DNA of 64,000 bases from a virus (IMGVR_UViG_3300046804_002503:1-64000); one strand, 5' to 3'. Counted from the first letter of the stretch, positions 37,601 through 48,174 are shown. Made by a program: numbers and translations. The notes: generated by a model not told the origin, from the letters alone.

Positions 37601-40491
37601 GGAGTATAGAATGTAACTGTAGTAGCTAAATTGTGTCTATAATTGATAGGAAATTTGCTTAAAAAGTCTTCAGTTAACCCCCAAGAGGGTGCTAAAGCAT
37701 TGAGTGAGCTTAAGGTAATTGTTGTAATGGTTGCATTTATGTTTAATCCGTAAACTGCAGAAGTGCTGCTTACAGATGTATAATTGCCTGCATTATCTGA
37801 AATGGCCCATACATATGTTGTAGAGCTATTATCTACGGACATTCCGCCTAATTGAGTAGATTTTTCTAAATAAAAAACATTACTAGAGCTAGCCGCCCTT
37901 ACTACAGAGAAAATATTTTCTCCAGTATTGCAAATTGTTCCCGGATTACCTATGGCATAGTTGGCAGAAGCGTAATTTGCATATGTAATGGCAAAATCTG
38001 AGTTTAACATTTTACGACCCGGAAAGGCATCTAAAGAAAATGAATAAGATGTGCGTACTAATGGATCTAAAGACAAATTCTCTACAAAAACATCTACTGG
38101 AATATATGTAAAAATATTAGATTCTCCGGGAGTAATTTCTAAATAAATAGAACTTAACAAGGTAGCATCTAATCCATTTCCATATTCATATGGAATTTTT
38201 ACATTACTTTCTTCATAATAAGCCTTAATAGGAGTGGTGGCTGGGTCGTAATTGTTGTTAAATTTCCATTTCCAACAAATTTTAGTACCAGAAGGCACAT
38301 TATAAACTGTTCCATCAAATAAAACTCCAGCAGATAAGGCTAAAGTCCGAGTTCTATTAAAATTGTCTAGAGGTTTTAATATGTCTATGTTAAACTTACG
38401 ATCTTTAAACGGATTAAAAACTGACGGGGCACTAGGCAAATATGCTATTTCATTATATTTTGCAGATGAAAGTCTAGCAACAATTGTATTAAGTCCTAAA
38501 TTAGAAAATTTAACAGTATGAGAATCTTCTGCAAAGTTTAAAACTGCAGTTGGGTCTATTTCAAGCAGTTCATTACCACTTAAATCTAAGGTATGCATTC
38601 TAGCTTGAATAAACTCTGGCTCAAAAGACCAATTAATAAAGGTATTTGTTAAGTCTCTTGTAGGAAATCCTGGATCCGCTGTAAGATGGGAACATGAAAC
38701 TATAAAAATTCCTTGTTCGTCTTTTATTTTTTCTAAAAATATAGGAGTGCCAGAAGAACTTTGTTTAGAACCAGAAGCTAAATTTACAATAGTGTATTCT
38801 GGAGTATCTATAACTCCGATGTCAGAGGTTAAAGAAGCTTTTAATGTTAAATTAATTTCACCGTAAGGTGTGCGTGGGTATGAAATTAAAATTTTAGAAG
38901 CTGAAATTGCTGGTATAAATTGTTCTTCCTTTAAATTATATGGAATATCTAAATCCGGACCATAAAAACATTCTAAAACTTCTAAATCTAATATTTTAGG
39001 ATACGTCCACTTGCCAGGGTCTATTGACTTAAGGGCAAAATATTCACTACTTAAACAGTTGGAAGACAAACTATAGGTTAAATAGTCATATTCAGATCCA
39101 AAATAAGGACATATTAAAATTGCACTGGAATTTATTTTAAAAGATGACAATTTTAATTCAAAATTTAAGTAATTGGAATCTGTTCTTGAATTTAAATTTA
39201 ACGACGGAGCTAAAACAGAGGATTTATATGTATAATAATGAGGTGGATAGGTAGTTTTCCATCCAGCTGTAGTGGGTGATATTAAAGTAGACGCTATTTG
39301 GGTGTTTAATTGATAATCTGATCCATTAATTTTAAAGAAAGAAAAGTTTTTAGACCAAGTTTCGCCGTTAAAAAAGTAAAAACTTTCACCCTGATATGTA
39401 AAACCTAAAAATGAATACGGAATTCCAGAAACTGCTGTATAAATTCCATCCTGAGCCACAAAATATTTGCTAGATATTTGTAGGAAAGAAGAACTTAAAT
39501 TTACAGAAACATTTAGCAAAGAATTGGCAGAGTTAAAGTAATTTGAGGGGTCAGAATTGTTTTTAAAAATATCTTCAACTAAATAAAAAGTTTGTGAATT
39601 TGCTGATAGTTGATTTAAATTAACTGTGTAAGAAGGTTTAAATCTTTCAAAGGCAATTGTGTCTTCTCCTGGAAATGTTTGGCTAATAGGGAAGGGGTTT
39701 AATTCTGGATTTGGTGTATCATATCCAAAATTGTATGAAAAAAATGTAGAATCTGGGCGAATAAAGGTGGTAGGATCCTCTAATATTCTACTTTTAATAG
39801 ATGGAGTTGGAGTTTTAGAAAGTAAATCTCCGGGCAATGCTTCTTCATAGGTTAAAAGTGGACTATTAACCCTTAAACGGTTGGCACTTAAATTATATAC
39901 TATATTAGTAGAAGTGTCGGCTGGCAGTGGTAAAAAGGTAGGTATAGTTTTTTTGACTAATAAGTGTTGAGAATAAGCATCTTTTTCTGGATTTGAAGTG
40001 TCAAAATAATATTTTTGAGATTTAACTAAAACTGAGGAAGTGCTTAAAGTCCAACCATCATTTTGTTTTGTTAAACTAACTGGTAAAAGAAAGAGTCGAG
40101 TTGGATATAACAAATATGCAGCATAACGAGCATAAGAAATGTCTGTTTCTGGAGTATAATTTATGTAAAAATAATTAAACTGTGGCCCAATGTCTAAGGT
40201 TTTGCGAGTGTTGGCTAAATCCCAAGTAAAATAAGCATTATTAGAAGAAACATTTAATCCCCATTGGTTGTATTCTTTAAAAAAAGAAGCTGAAGTTTTG
40301 TTGTAAGATAAACTATTAATTTGTTTAGAATTTGTAAAATTATTCTTTAAGAAACTATAATAATTTTCAGATTGATAAAAAGGAATTGAAGGAGAAATGG
40401 CTCGAGAACAAAGATATGTAGTGTAGGTTTCTGTGGGCCACGTACTACTTTCACCTACAAATAAAATATTACTAGAAGATAAAGATGCCAT
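34627..40491 (-). CDS. Very large baseplate/virion protein (1954 aa) with C-terminal NHL-like propeller
   Basis: LYVCDTPRNKI, KFNSPTLV...VYVLDYNNRCVK; PKD-like YNFTTPGVYFI; follows the gp6/gp7-like genes. Confidence 0.6.
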   Translation of the reverse strand: MASLSSSNILFVGESSTWPTETYTTYLCSRAISPSIPFYQSENYYSFLKNNFTNSKQINSLSYNKTSASFFKEYNQWGLNVSSNNAYFTWDLANTRKTLDIGPQFNYFYINYTPETDISYARYAAYLLYPTRLFLLPVSLTKQNDGWTLSTSSVLVKSQKYYFDTSNPEKDAYSQHLLVKKTIPTFLPLPADTSTNIVYNLSANRLRVNSPLLTYEEALPGDLLSKTPTPSIKSRILEDPTTFIRPDSTFFSYNFGYDTPNPELNPFPISQTFPGEDTIAFERFKPSYTVNLNQLSANSQTFYLVEDIFKNNSDPSNYFNSANSLLNVSVNLSSSFLQISSKYFVAQDGIYTAVSGIPYSFLGFTYQGESFYFFNGETWSKNFSFFKINGSDYQLNTQIASTLISPTTAGWKTTYPPHYYTYKSSVLAPSLNLNSRTDSNYLNFELKLSSFKINSSAILICPYFGSEYDYLTYSLSSNCLSSEYFALKSIDPGKWTYPKILDLEVLECFYGPDLDIPYNLKEEQFIPAISASKILISYPRTPYGEINLTLKASLTSDIGVIDTPEYTIVNLASGSKQSSSGTPIFLEKIKDEQGIFIVSCSHLTADPGFPTRDLTNTFINWSFEPEFIQARMHTLDLSGNELLEIDPTAVLNFAEDSHTVKFSNLGLNTIVARLSSAKYNEIAYLPSAPSVFNPFKDRKFNIDILKPLDNFNRTRTLALSAGVLFDGTVYNVPSGTKICWKWKFNNNYDPATTPIKAYYEESNVKIPYEYGNGLDATLLSSIYLEITPGESNIFTYIPVDVFVENLSLDPLVRTSYSFSLDAFPGRKMLNSDFAITYANYASANYAIGNPGTICNTGENIFSVVRAASSSNVFYLEKSTQLGGMSVDNSSTTYVWAISDNAGNYTSVSSTSAVYGLNINATITTITLSSLNALAPSWGLTEDFLSKFPINYRHNLATTVTFYTPPASEFNNPLDFNLFPKFSWYIDSNKVKILSADNFSLSQGNSAYDNRLSNTQSYWISANKIFPLYNVFYGSTKTFLSSVSSSVFELEIPVNSDFKNVSGLQIHLQGFNDIIYPNYSLNYVVPENGNLVTKVLQTTAATFSSLISSDVFKNNPTIVPYSGLPTLTFSLCTLSAALDYNRDILIEQSFSTTLSGSPVVPIDNTGTVTYKLSSKFWQTFIEVPAVSGISKLITLSIGDAYEPGYVSPNSVSLINVTPTEMSVKMGITPDTFSNYSSSEYSGERNLWNSLSFYNTVTGYSPQTFFAYTTAITPQLYISDYITTVNSSFYIVYDTAGETPDNQIVLYKTYFDNSGKYVVSYKNEAVYYNFTTPGVYFIRYEIFYSNGQVVTGTFPEPVTVLEEWPQYYQEDIRTLNEDVLVLPYSLDQINIQPNEWGEADIFNTSITRLYECLSYLQGNSQSINTKFPTSVDGWLGANKNHKDRGIAWYTKHFTGQEHLYPYEATTNGQGLAVSEGISFFTNITDLTSFEKYLFVLDDGNLKILLNEYYIPREIIFDNSAEFKNEFISANSICAGENINTLYVCDTPRNKIVRVDLDYDNLLFNFSLNVGSFGSLKEPNKFNSPTLVSYANNSVYVLDYNNRCVKEFSSDLNWIHTYYNSNFETERPLTFAVHSADHLKDLVYILTSELNFYVLDKASLAPVSVIPLPELKTFLSIIYGEYNSEEIIEQIIFEEGGNFIYIKTKDYIFKYTLTGFYIGSLKLDYTIKSIKSYFNKNILAITNKSIVKMQDVTSLFKIGEGLPTNYWSLDQILLKRDDFADDKSYNLSLLKMNQNIKMFRNILNSQFQKFIDPYSKTIYFGLVPISKLDQPTLHPDVENDNIKIAVNELHIPQVLNREFSKMYKSLAKIADFLTIKEAANTRTEGSGAYVECPEPFCWSWKSTSSGNLNIPTVKICGINPITYTELDPNFPLNYAPGKKWSEAVSPCCNGIKVNKLE

Positions 40492-40519
40492 TGTATTTTA
40501 TATTTAGATAAAAAATAAA

Positions 40520-43500
40520 TTACTTCAACAATTTTAATCCTTTATAAAGTTCATAAATTAACATTGTTTCTAAAGTGCCTTCATGATCTAACCAAACTTT
40601 AAAAGCAGAAACTGGATAACTAATTGTAGTTAAAGGATTATTCCAATCTATTACACCTTCTATTTGTTTGTCATCTGAAGAAGGGACATATTCAAAAAAG
40701 CTATAATAATTTTGCCATGGCTGTTTAAGTTTTAAAAATTGTACTAGAGTATCTAAAGTATATCTTCTATTTTTATTGATACGCCCAGTATATACTAGTT
40801 TATAAGAAGATTTTAAAGATAAATCTTGTAAAATTAACGGAGTGCCCGCCACCACTGTATAAGAACTAGATATTTTAGAGCCCCTATTATAACCTCCGTT
40901 ATTGTTGTTTGTAGAATAAAAAGATTGGCCACCGGTTTCTTTCGAGCCTCTTAAACGAGAAGGGTTAATACTGGCTAAATCCATGAGTCTTTTAATAGAA
41001 TCAGGATAAAATAGCTGATAGTCTTTATTGGGTATGTCTACCATTTCTGATAAATCATACATTTGATCTATATTACATAAATCTATGTCAGTATGATTTA
41101 AAACAAAATTACTTATATTTTCATACAGTCTGGTGCCCCATTCCAAAGCAGAATTTTCATCAAAATTAAAAATATTATTTAAAAATGTATCAAACAAAAA
41201 ACTACTTTCAGCTAAAGCTGGTATAAAAGCTAAAGATTTAAAATATTTGCTTAAATTAAAATTTTCATTTATTTTAAATAAATTGTAAGCAGCAGAGTTG
41301 TCTACATAAAAATCTAATTTACGAGAAATGCCAGTAATTTGTGCAGTTCTTGATGTGTCGTTAAAATTGGGTAAGGCTATATTACCATATTTGTTAAGCC
41401 ATCTAAACCCAGTCCAGTCACCCTGGGCCTGGGCAGACTTGTTGTATTTATTATAAAAAGTTAAAAGTTTGTCATTTTGTAATTCAAATACAAAACCTTG
41501 AGGATTAATTACAAAAGAATTTTCTAAAATATTTGTTTTAGAATTTATTACATAAATTCTGTTTTCTATAGAGTTTATTACATAAACTTTACCTTTAATA
41601 TCGCAAGCCAAACCATCTAAAGCTGTAGATTCAGAGTTTGTTAAAAAATCTTGGCTGGTTAAAGTTAATGTTTCAACTTCTAAAATTTCATTTGTAATTT
41701 TACCTACCTTATTATAATCATAAGTAAACCACAAATTTTGTTCTGGGTCTATTGCTAAATGATTTATATATTTAAAGGGTCCGTAAGATGCTAAGGTGGT
41801 GCCATACTGGTTCTTTTTTTGTATATAATCTGAAGCTTCTCTGTCATTATCACCTATTAGAGACACCCAAAAATTATCATTATTATCACACAAAATTTCT
41901 TGAGGTGAACCTATTAAATTATTTTGGCTTATAGTGTATAATAAAGTCCCGTATTGATCATATTTTGCTATCATAGCACTATATGGATTGGAATATGTGA
42001 TATAAGCATTATCGTGTATGTCCGTGTCTACACAAGTAGGCACAAAAAGATTAACATCATCTTCTAAAGAATTTGACGGAAATCTAGATTCTTGGTCATA
42101 AACAGAGGATAAAAAGGCACTTAAAGATAGATTAGATGGAATTGGTAATCCGGTTAATATAGGTGATATAGAATCTATTAAAGGATTAACAGCCAACATG
42201 AAAGATCCTTGATTGCTAACTTTGATAGTGTAATGAGAGTCTATTAAAGTAATCCATAAATCATTTTTACTGTCTACAGCCATAGTAGCTGGAGAAACTC
42301 TATCTTCTATTAAATAAGGCATTTCATTGTTTATACAAAGCTGATTAATGTCAACTGCACATAAAATTTGACCGTGAGTAGAAACTTTATACAAAAATTG
42401 TAAATCTGTGTCTAATAACCATGTATGATAAGAAGGAGCTTGGCCAGCTGCTATACTATAAATTCCATGAAAACCACTTAAACCTGTAGTAACTATAGGA
42501 ACATCAAAAGAATAAATGTGTGTATTGTTTAAATTTTTTCCAAAAGCTGCTGATAAATTAGATTGGTAAAAGTATTGAACATTAGCTACTTGACCCATTG
42601 CCGGGTTAGAAATCCAAAGATATGGATTATAATAATTGCCAGACAATGGTGGAACAGGAACAGCTAAAGCAGCAGTAACATGATAACCAAAAGTATTAAT
42701 ATCAGGAATGTTGAAAGTTCCTTTATAATAACCCGGAACTTTTAAATGGTTAGAATCTAGATATACAATTTCTGGGGTAGGTGCAAATACAGCACTTAAA
42801 GAAGATAATCCTATCAATAAGTCTGGTGGATAATATACACTAGTAAGCTCATCAAATTCATTATAAGCCGAAACTCCTTGAAAATATACTGTGCTTACAG
42901 ATACTAAACCCGTAGATATTTGAACAGTTTGTGTGGAGGTTAGTGGAAAATTGTGTGAAAAACTATTATAAGACAACAATTTAACATTATTTCCATCTAC
43001 ATAATCTTCTTTAACAGTATGCTCGTAATACCCGGCATTTATTATTAATGGAATATCTGCTGTAGACCAGCGTGGATTGGAGTGTAAAGAACTTCCGTTT
43101 TCAGTTATTTTAAGATAATCTGGAGTTCTCCATAAACTTACATAGGGTATAGCTACTTGAGCTAAACTATTAGCAAAACTAGGCAAATAACTAGATCCAG
43201 ATTTAACAGAAAAATCTTGAGCCTCAGATGTGTCTAAAGTGGCTATAATAGTTGTGTACGGAGCACCTTCAAAGGCTAAATCAAAATTGTAAATATCATC
43301 TGTAAAATAAAAATCTGCGTAACCCGTAACTCCTACAACTATAGATCCGTTGGAATCTAATTCTCCAGCACTATTTGCTTTAATGATGGTGTCTATAGTT
43401 TTGAGTCTTTGAACTGGATTACCATCTAAATCATAAAAATTCCATTGTGGTCTTAAAAAAGACCATTTATTAGGAACATCAAGAGGCTGATAAGACTTTG

Positions 43501-43888
43501 AGAACTGAACTCCCAGATCTATATAGTGCTCTTTAGTATTTGCTGAAGAAATATGCAAACGAAAGGGATAACGATTTATATGCCCGGCATATACGGGCGG
43601 TGGTATAAAGTGAAAGTAAATAGATTCACTTAAAAATAATTTAACAACTACAGTTGAAGAATAGGATACAATTTCACCTTCTGAGCTATAAACTGTTAAT
43701 GTAACTTCATAGGTACCTGGGGTTTTGTAAAGGTGAGAAGGAGAATAAATTTTACTAGTAGTGCCGTCACCAAATTGCCAATAAACCCTCTTAACATTGG
43801 TGTATGAGGGGCTAATAACTGGTGTAAATTTAAAAGTAGTTATATTACTATAACCAACATTTTTATCTTTTAAAAAAGATACAATCAT
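40520..43888 (-). CDS. Baseplate wedge protein (gp7-like position) with N-terminal PKD domain and beta-propeller
   Basis: YWQFGDGTTS...PSHLYKTPGTYEVTLTV (PKD); AVDSKNDLW, CDNNDNFW, AIDPEQNLW repeats; immediately downstream of gp6. Confidence 0.6.
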   Translation of the reverse strand: MIVSFLKDKNVGYSNITTFKFTPVISPSYTNVKRVYWQFGDGTTSKIYSPSHLYKTPGTYEVTLTVYSSEGEIVSYSSTVVVKLFLSESIYFHFIPPPVYAGHINRYPFRLHISSANTKEHYIDLGVQFSKSYQPLDVPNKWSFLRPQWNFYDLDGNPVQRLKTIDTIIKANSAGELDSNGSIVVGVTGYADFYFTDDIYNFDLAFEGAPYTTIIATLDTSEAQDFSVKSGSSYLPSFANSLAQVAIPYVSLWRTPDYLKITENGSSLHSNPRWSTADIPLIINAGYYEHTVKEDYVDGNNVKLLSYNSFSHNFPLTSTQTVQISTGLVSVSTVYFQGVSAYNEFDELTSVYYPPDLLIGLSSLSAVFAPTPEIVYLDSNHLKVPGYYKGTFNIPDINTFGYHVTAALAVPVPPLSGNYYNPYLWISNPAMGQVANVQYFYQSNLSAAFGKNLNNTHIYSFDVPIVTTGLSGFHGIYSIAAGQAPSYHTWLLDTDLQFLYKVSTHGQILCAVDINQLCINNEMPYLIEDRVSPATMAVDSKNDLWITLIDSHYTIKVSNQGSFMLAVNPLIDSISPILTGLPIPSNLSLSAFLSSVYDQESRFPSNSLEDDVNLFVPTCVDTDIHDNAYITYSNPYSAMIAKYDQYGTLLYTISQNNLIGSPQEILCDNNDNFWVSLIGDNDREASDYIQKKNQYGTTLASYGPFKYINHLAIDPEQNLWFTYDYNKVGKITNEILEVETLTLTSQDFLTNSESTALDGLACDIKGKVYVINSIENRIYVINSKTNILENSFVINPQGFVFELQNDKLLTFYNKYNKSAQAQGDWTGFRWLNKYGNIALPNFNDTSRTAQITGISRKLDFYVDNSAAYNLFKINENFNLSKYFKSLAFIPALAESSFLFDTFLNNIFNFDENSALEWGTRLYENISNFVLNHTDIDLCNIDQMYDLSEMVDIPNKDYQLFYPDSIKRLMDLASINPSRLRGSKETGGQSFYSTNNNNGGYNRGSKISSSYTVVAGTPLILQDLSLKSSYKLVYTGRINKNRRYTLDTLVQFLKLKQPWQNYYSFFEYVPSSDDKQIEGVIDWNNPLTTISYPVSAFKVWLDHEGTLETMLIYELYKGLKLLK

Positions 43889-43890
43889 AA

Positions 43891-45681
43891 TTAAAATTCT
43901 GGTAGATTGACTCCATATCCAACATCAACAATTTCTATACGATCACTTAAATTGTTGAGACTATATAGAGAAGCAGCCATAAAATCCTCTAAAAAAACTG
44001 TTTGTGTAAAAACTCCAACATCATTTAATGGATATTTGGGATTCCATACTAAAAATGATATTTCATTAAGACTTAAACCGGCGTCTGACCTGTATGTTTG
44101 TACGTTTTTTACCCCGTCTACTGCTAAAATTTCTGTTGTTAATTGTAAGATATTGATGTCTTTACCCAACATTAAAATATCTTTGGAGAAATTTGATTTT
44201 ATAACATTGATAACATCAAATTTAATACTAGCATTGGATCTTTTATTGTTTAAATCTTTAAAAATACGAAGTTTGCTGAGGTTTAATTTTTCAATAGAGG
44301 GGGTTTCTCCGGGTACTTGTACATAAAAATCAAAATTTAAATATTCCGGATCCATTAAAACCACTTGAGATGTAATGTTTTTGTATTTGTTAAATTCAGA
44401 CAGTACATATTCTTTTTGAGAAGGTAACAAATACTTTGAATTTTGAGATGGAATAGTATAAACGTAAATGTTGTTAAAATTACAACTACTTCCAAATTTA
44501 ACTTGATTGTACAAAACCTGATTATCTAAATGTGGTTGGGACAATCCTATATTATACAAATATTTTATATGATTACTTAAAAACTGTTCATTATTAAACA
44601 CCTTGGCATTTGCTATAATATTTTTAAAACTTGCATTGGCAAATGCTTCATAGTCTAGTAAGGTAACTAAACGTTTTTGAGATCTAAAAATTTTGGGAGC
44701 GTTTTTTCTTATAGAATCTACAGATTCTTCTGGTGAATAATTTGTAGAAGGATACGGATTAAATAATTTTACATAATCATATTGTTCATTTGTTAAATAT
44801 GAGCCATATAAATTTTTAGTATCTCTTAAAATAGTTTCATATTGAACTGTATTAAACGGAATTAAAGAAGAAGTGTCTAATAAGCCCGAGGCTAAAGTGG
44901 GTGAATTAGGGGTTGTTCTTAAGTAATACACCACAACCTCATCATCTCTATTAAGTTTAGTACCATTTATACCATCTCCAAAAATAATTTCATAGTTTTT
45001 ATTTGGATTTAATCTGGCTTCATATATTCGATCTTTAGCACTATAAGCAGAGCGATCTTCTACCCTTTCCCACCTCTCCCAACGAGCACCTTTAGGGCGA
45101 ACATACACATGAATATTGAAATGATCTATGTATATGTCTGCTCCGGGTGATATAAATAAAGTTTCATCTTCTATTCCTATTGCTTTGTATAGTGGATATT
45201 CTTCAAAAGTACCTTCGTGTAACAAATAACTATTGTCTGTTTGGGAAAGGGTTTCTAAACCACTTGTAGATTTATAAAAAGTTAAATCTTGAGTTAGAGA
45301 AAATGTTAAGTTATTAATTTGTAAAAAACTAAATCTGGGTATAACATATACATTTTGAGCCAGAGACCCGGTGGCGGTTATATAAAAAGGAACAGTTTGA
45401 GAAGTTTTGCCAATGGGATTATAGTTTAACAATTTAACTATACGATTCATGTTTTCATATATTTGAGCTTCTGAAAACATGCTCTCCGAAGAAGTGCGGT
45501 TTAAATAAAACAATAAAGTACCGAAGCTGTAACTTATAATATCTATAAGACTAGACAAATTAGACCCCTCATAATTTTGGTCTGTGAATACTTGACTATC
45601 ATTTAATTTCTGAATTATTTTAGATTTTAATTCAGTGGCGTCAAAGGTTAGAAAAGGGTTGGGAATTATAGAATTTGCCAT
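43891..45681 (-). CDS. gp6: Baseplate wedge subunit, T4 gp6-like
   Basis: FDATELK, FTDQNYEGSNLSSLID, ESMFSEAQ, IIFGDGING, ESVDSIRKNAP...QKRLVTLLDYE. Confidence 0.9.
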   Translation of the reverse strand: MANSIIPNPFLTFDATELKSKIIQKLNDSQVFTDQNYEGSNLSSLIDIISYSFGTLLFYLNRTSSESMFSEAQIYENMNRIVKLLNYNPIGKTSQTVPFYITATGSLAQNVYVIPRFSFLQINNLTFSLTQDLTFYKSTSGLETLSQTDNSYLLHEGTFEEYPLYKAIGIEDETLFISPGADIYIDHFNIHVYVRPKGARWERWERVEDRSAYSAKDRIYEARLNPNKNYEIIFGDGINGTKLNRDDEVVVYYLRTTPNSPTLASGLLDTSSLIPFNTVQYETILRDTKNLYGSYLTNEQYDYVKLFNPYPSTNYSPEESVDSIRKNAPKIFRSQKRLVTLLDYEAFANASFKNIIANAKVFNNEQFLSNHIKYLYNIGLSQPHLDNQVLYNQVKFGSSCNFNNIYVYTIPSQNSKYLLPSQKEYVLSEFNKYKNITSQVVLMDPEYLNFDFYVQVPGETPSIEKLNLSKLRIFKDLNNKRSNASIKFDVINVIKSNFSKDILMLGKDINILQLTTEILAVDGVKNVQTYRSDAGLSLNEISFLVWNPKYPLNDVGVFTQTVFLEDFMAASLYSLNNLSDRIEIVDVGYGVNLPEF

Positions 45682-45683
45682 AT

Positions 45684-46202
45684 TTAAAAGCTAATTATAG
45701 TATTGTTTTGGTAACTATTGTTAATATTAAACTTAATGTTACGAGTCAAATTGTCATTGGTTAATTTATAAATTAATAAAATATCATATTGATTAAAGTC
45801 ATATTGAGGAGTTACCGCTATGTTTAAAACAGTTATGCGTGGTTCTTGTTCCAAGTCTGATAATATTTTTTCACCAATCATTTGAGCCCTAAAATCTGTA
45901 ATTGGACTAAACAAAAATTGATCTAAATTGCTACCAAATTTGGGATTTAATATTTTTTGCCCCGGACGGGTGGTAAAGATGTTGTATATAGCGTTGCGAA
46001 TAGCCATTTCATCATGGTCTACTGCTATGTCCGCTGTTTTTACTATAGAATCTGAAGACCCAGAAATCGTTGCGGGTTGAAGATCTAGGTGTAAATCTGT
46101 ATAAATATAAGGTATTTTTGTAGAAGTGTCTTTAGACAAGTCTACAACGGTATTAGTAGCCAAGCGAGGCTTGACTATATTATCCATGTAAATAGCTGCC
46201 AT
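45684..46202 (-). CDS. gp25: Baseplate wedge subunit gp25-like
   Basis: YTDLHLD, AIRNAIYNIFTTRPGQKILNPKFGSNL..FLF, EPRI; start taken as MAAIY at 46202. Confidence 0.9.
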   Translation of the reverse strand: MAAIYMDNIVKPRLATNTVVDLSKDTSTKIPYIYTDLHLDLQPATISGSSDSIVKTADIAVDHDEMAIRNAIYNIFTTRPGQKILNPKFGSNLDQFLFSPITDFRAQMIGEKILSDLEQEPRITVLNIAVTPQYDFNQYDILLIYKLTNDNLTRNIKFNINNSYQNNTIISF

Positions 46203-46209
46203 ATTATGG

Positions 46210-46219
46210 TAAATATTTA
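46210..46219. promoter_or_regulatory. Palindromic TAAATATTTA (candidate bidirectional late promoter)
   Basis: Perfect 10-bp palindrome between the divergent starts at 46202 (-) and 46240 (+). Confidence 0.45.
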
Positions 46220-46239
46220 TGTTCAAAACTCTGTAATGT

Positions 46240-46818
46240 ATGAATCAAAAATATAATCAATTTCAAAATTTGTTTGAAACAGCCTTTTCTCACTTTTCTA
46301 ACGGGGGATTTCGAGAAGGTTCTGCTTTGACTTTAAAACCTTCTTTTCTTAAACATCCCTATTGCAAAGATCATTACAGTGGACATGAACCTTTCATGAA
46401 TTTTTTAAAACAATTGATAGACAATGAAGTGCTCTTTTTTGTTAAACGTGTAGTTGCACATGGTACTATGCAAAATAGTAAAGATGCAAATAGTAATGAA
46501 GGCGCAGGTGATGTCTATTTGGTTTTGCGTACAGACCCGCGTAAAGTAGAGTGGCCTACAGAATTTGCTGAATTTACTGTGCCCGGCTCTTATGAAGTAT
46601 TGGCTGTTAAGGATTATGGTATTAATTTGCCACCATTAGATGGTGTTCCTAATCGTTATGAGCGCCCGTTTGGACAAGATGTACAGGTTTTTAAAATGGA
46701 ATCATCTGTAAATAATCGTTCTACAGATGATGAATTGCCCATTAAGAATGTTAAGTTGGATTTTGCCAGTGATCCACAAACACCTAAAATTAAACCGCCT
46801 AAAAAGCTTAAGAATTAA
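46240..46818 (+). CDS. Hypothetical protein
   Basis: 192-aa ORF filling the gap between gp25 and gp44; no recognised motif. Confidence 0.6.
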   Translation: MNQKYNQFQNLFETAFSHFSNGGFREGSALTLKPSFLKHPYCKDHYSGHEPFMNFLKQLIDNEVLFFVKRVVAHGTMQNSKDANSNEGAGDVYLVLRTDPRKVEWPTEFAEFTVPGSYEVLAVKDYGINLPPLDGVPNRYERPFGQDVQVFKMESSVNNRSTDDELPIKNVKLDFASDPQTPKIKPPKKLKN

Positions 46819-47743
46819 GAATCTTTTCTAAAGCTAAAATACAACAAAAGAATCCTATTTCGTGATCTAGTATACTAGTATCTCGATACATATATTCTCC
46901 TATCTCTAACATCAAACCTTTCTTAAGGTCTTCTTTAATGTTAAGATTGTAAACAAGATTAAACATTTCTTTGAGAAGGAATTGATAATCTCCGTTGAAG
47001 GTTTTTTCACTTTCAATAATCTTTTTGCGAATGTCTAAACTATTAATTTTGTTTAGCAAAGAATCTATAACCCATTTAGATAATTCTGTTATTTGATTAG
47101 ATTCTTCTATCACCAAAGTACCTGACAAAGAAAATCTTTGTAAATCATTAATGATGCGTCTAATATCTGGATGATTTTTTTCTATATAATTTAGTAAAGC
47201 CGGCTTTACTTCTTTTGGCACAGAAATTTCTTCTGCTTTTAAAATAAAAACACATCGCTGAATGACGTCTTTAAGAGGTGGAGTCATCTTAAAGAGTAAA
47301 CATCTAGAACGAATGGGTTCAATTATCTTGTTAAAATAATTTGCTGTTAATATAAATCGAGTTGTAGCCTCATATTCTTCCATTACATTACGAAGAATAC
47401 GCAAACTTTCTCCAGTCAATCCATCTGCTTCTTCTAGAATGATAACTTTCTTTTTATCATCTAATGATCGGGTTTGAGCAAAGCTAATAACTTTGTTACG
47501 AATAGTGTCTACACCATTTTCATCTGAAGCATTGATGTAAAGGTATTGACATTTGAGCAAAGATTTAACTATGATCTTAGCTAAAGTACTTTTACCTGTA
47601 CCCGGAGACCCATAAAATAAAATATGAGGCGTATCATTATTTAAAGAATTGAAATGTTCTTTAAAGTCTTCTGGTAAACTAATTTCTTCTAATGATTGTG
47701 GTCTGTATTTCTCTACCCATAATTTAGAATAGTGTCCACTCAT
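46808..47743 (-). CDS. gp44: Sliding-clamp loader ATPase subunit (T4 gp44/RFC small-like)
   Basis: LWVEKYRPQ, GSPGTGKS, INASDENG, EEADGL, SRC motif. Confidence 0.92.
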   Translation of the reverse strand: MSGHYSKLWVEKYRPQSLEEISLPEDFKEHFNSLNNDTPHILFYGSPGTGKSTLAKIIVKSLLKCQYLYINASDENGVDTIRNKVISFAQTRSLDDKKKVIILEEADGLTGESLRILRNVMEEYEATTRFILTANYFNKIIEPIRSRCLLFKMTPPLKDVIQRCVFILKAEEISVPKEVKPALLNYIEKNHPDIRRIINDLQRFSLSGTLVIEESNQITELSKWVIDSLLNKINSLDIRKKIIESEKTFNGDYQFLLKEMFNLVYNLNIKEDLKKGLMLEIGEYMYRDTSILDHEIGFFCCILALEKILNS

Positions 47744-47748
47744 ATATA

Positions 47749-48174
47749 TTAACGACCCGATTGACCAAAACCTGATGATCCTCTATCAGTTTCAGTTGCT
47801 GTTTCTGACCATTCTGGTTTGAGACTTAAAAGAGGAAAGTAAGCAATTTGAGCCACTCGATCACCCTTCTTAACTTCATAATCTACATCTGAAAAGTTGT
47901 ATAATTTGACTCCAAGATCTCCTCTATATGGGTTGTCTATTACACCTAGATGTGGTTGAATACCATGCAAGAAGCCCATACCAGAACGAGGAAGAATTAA
48001 ATACCAAACTCCTTCTGCTATATCAGCTACTTTTAGTCCTGTATTAACAATGCCTGAGTTTTTGGCTGGTATTGTAGCATCTTCTACTGCTGTTAAATCA
48101 TAACCTGTATCTGAATCTCTTTTTCTATTAGGTAAAACTGCATCTGGATGTGTTTTAATAAATTTAATATTCAT
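47749..48174 (-). CDS. dut: Trimeric dUTPase
   Basis: GYDL, PRSG, GVIDNPYRG, DRVAQ, RGSSGFGQSG. Confidence 0.95.
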   Translation of the reverse strand: MNIKFIKTHPDAVLPNRKRDSDTGYDLTAVEDATIPAKNSGIVNTGLKVADIAEGVWYLILPRSGMGFLHGIQPHLGVIDNPYRGDLGVKLYNFSDVDYEVKKGDRVAQIAYFPLLSLKPEWSETATETDRGSSGFGQSGR

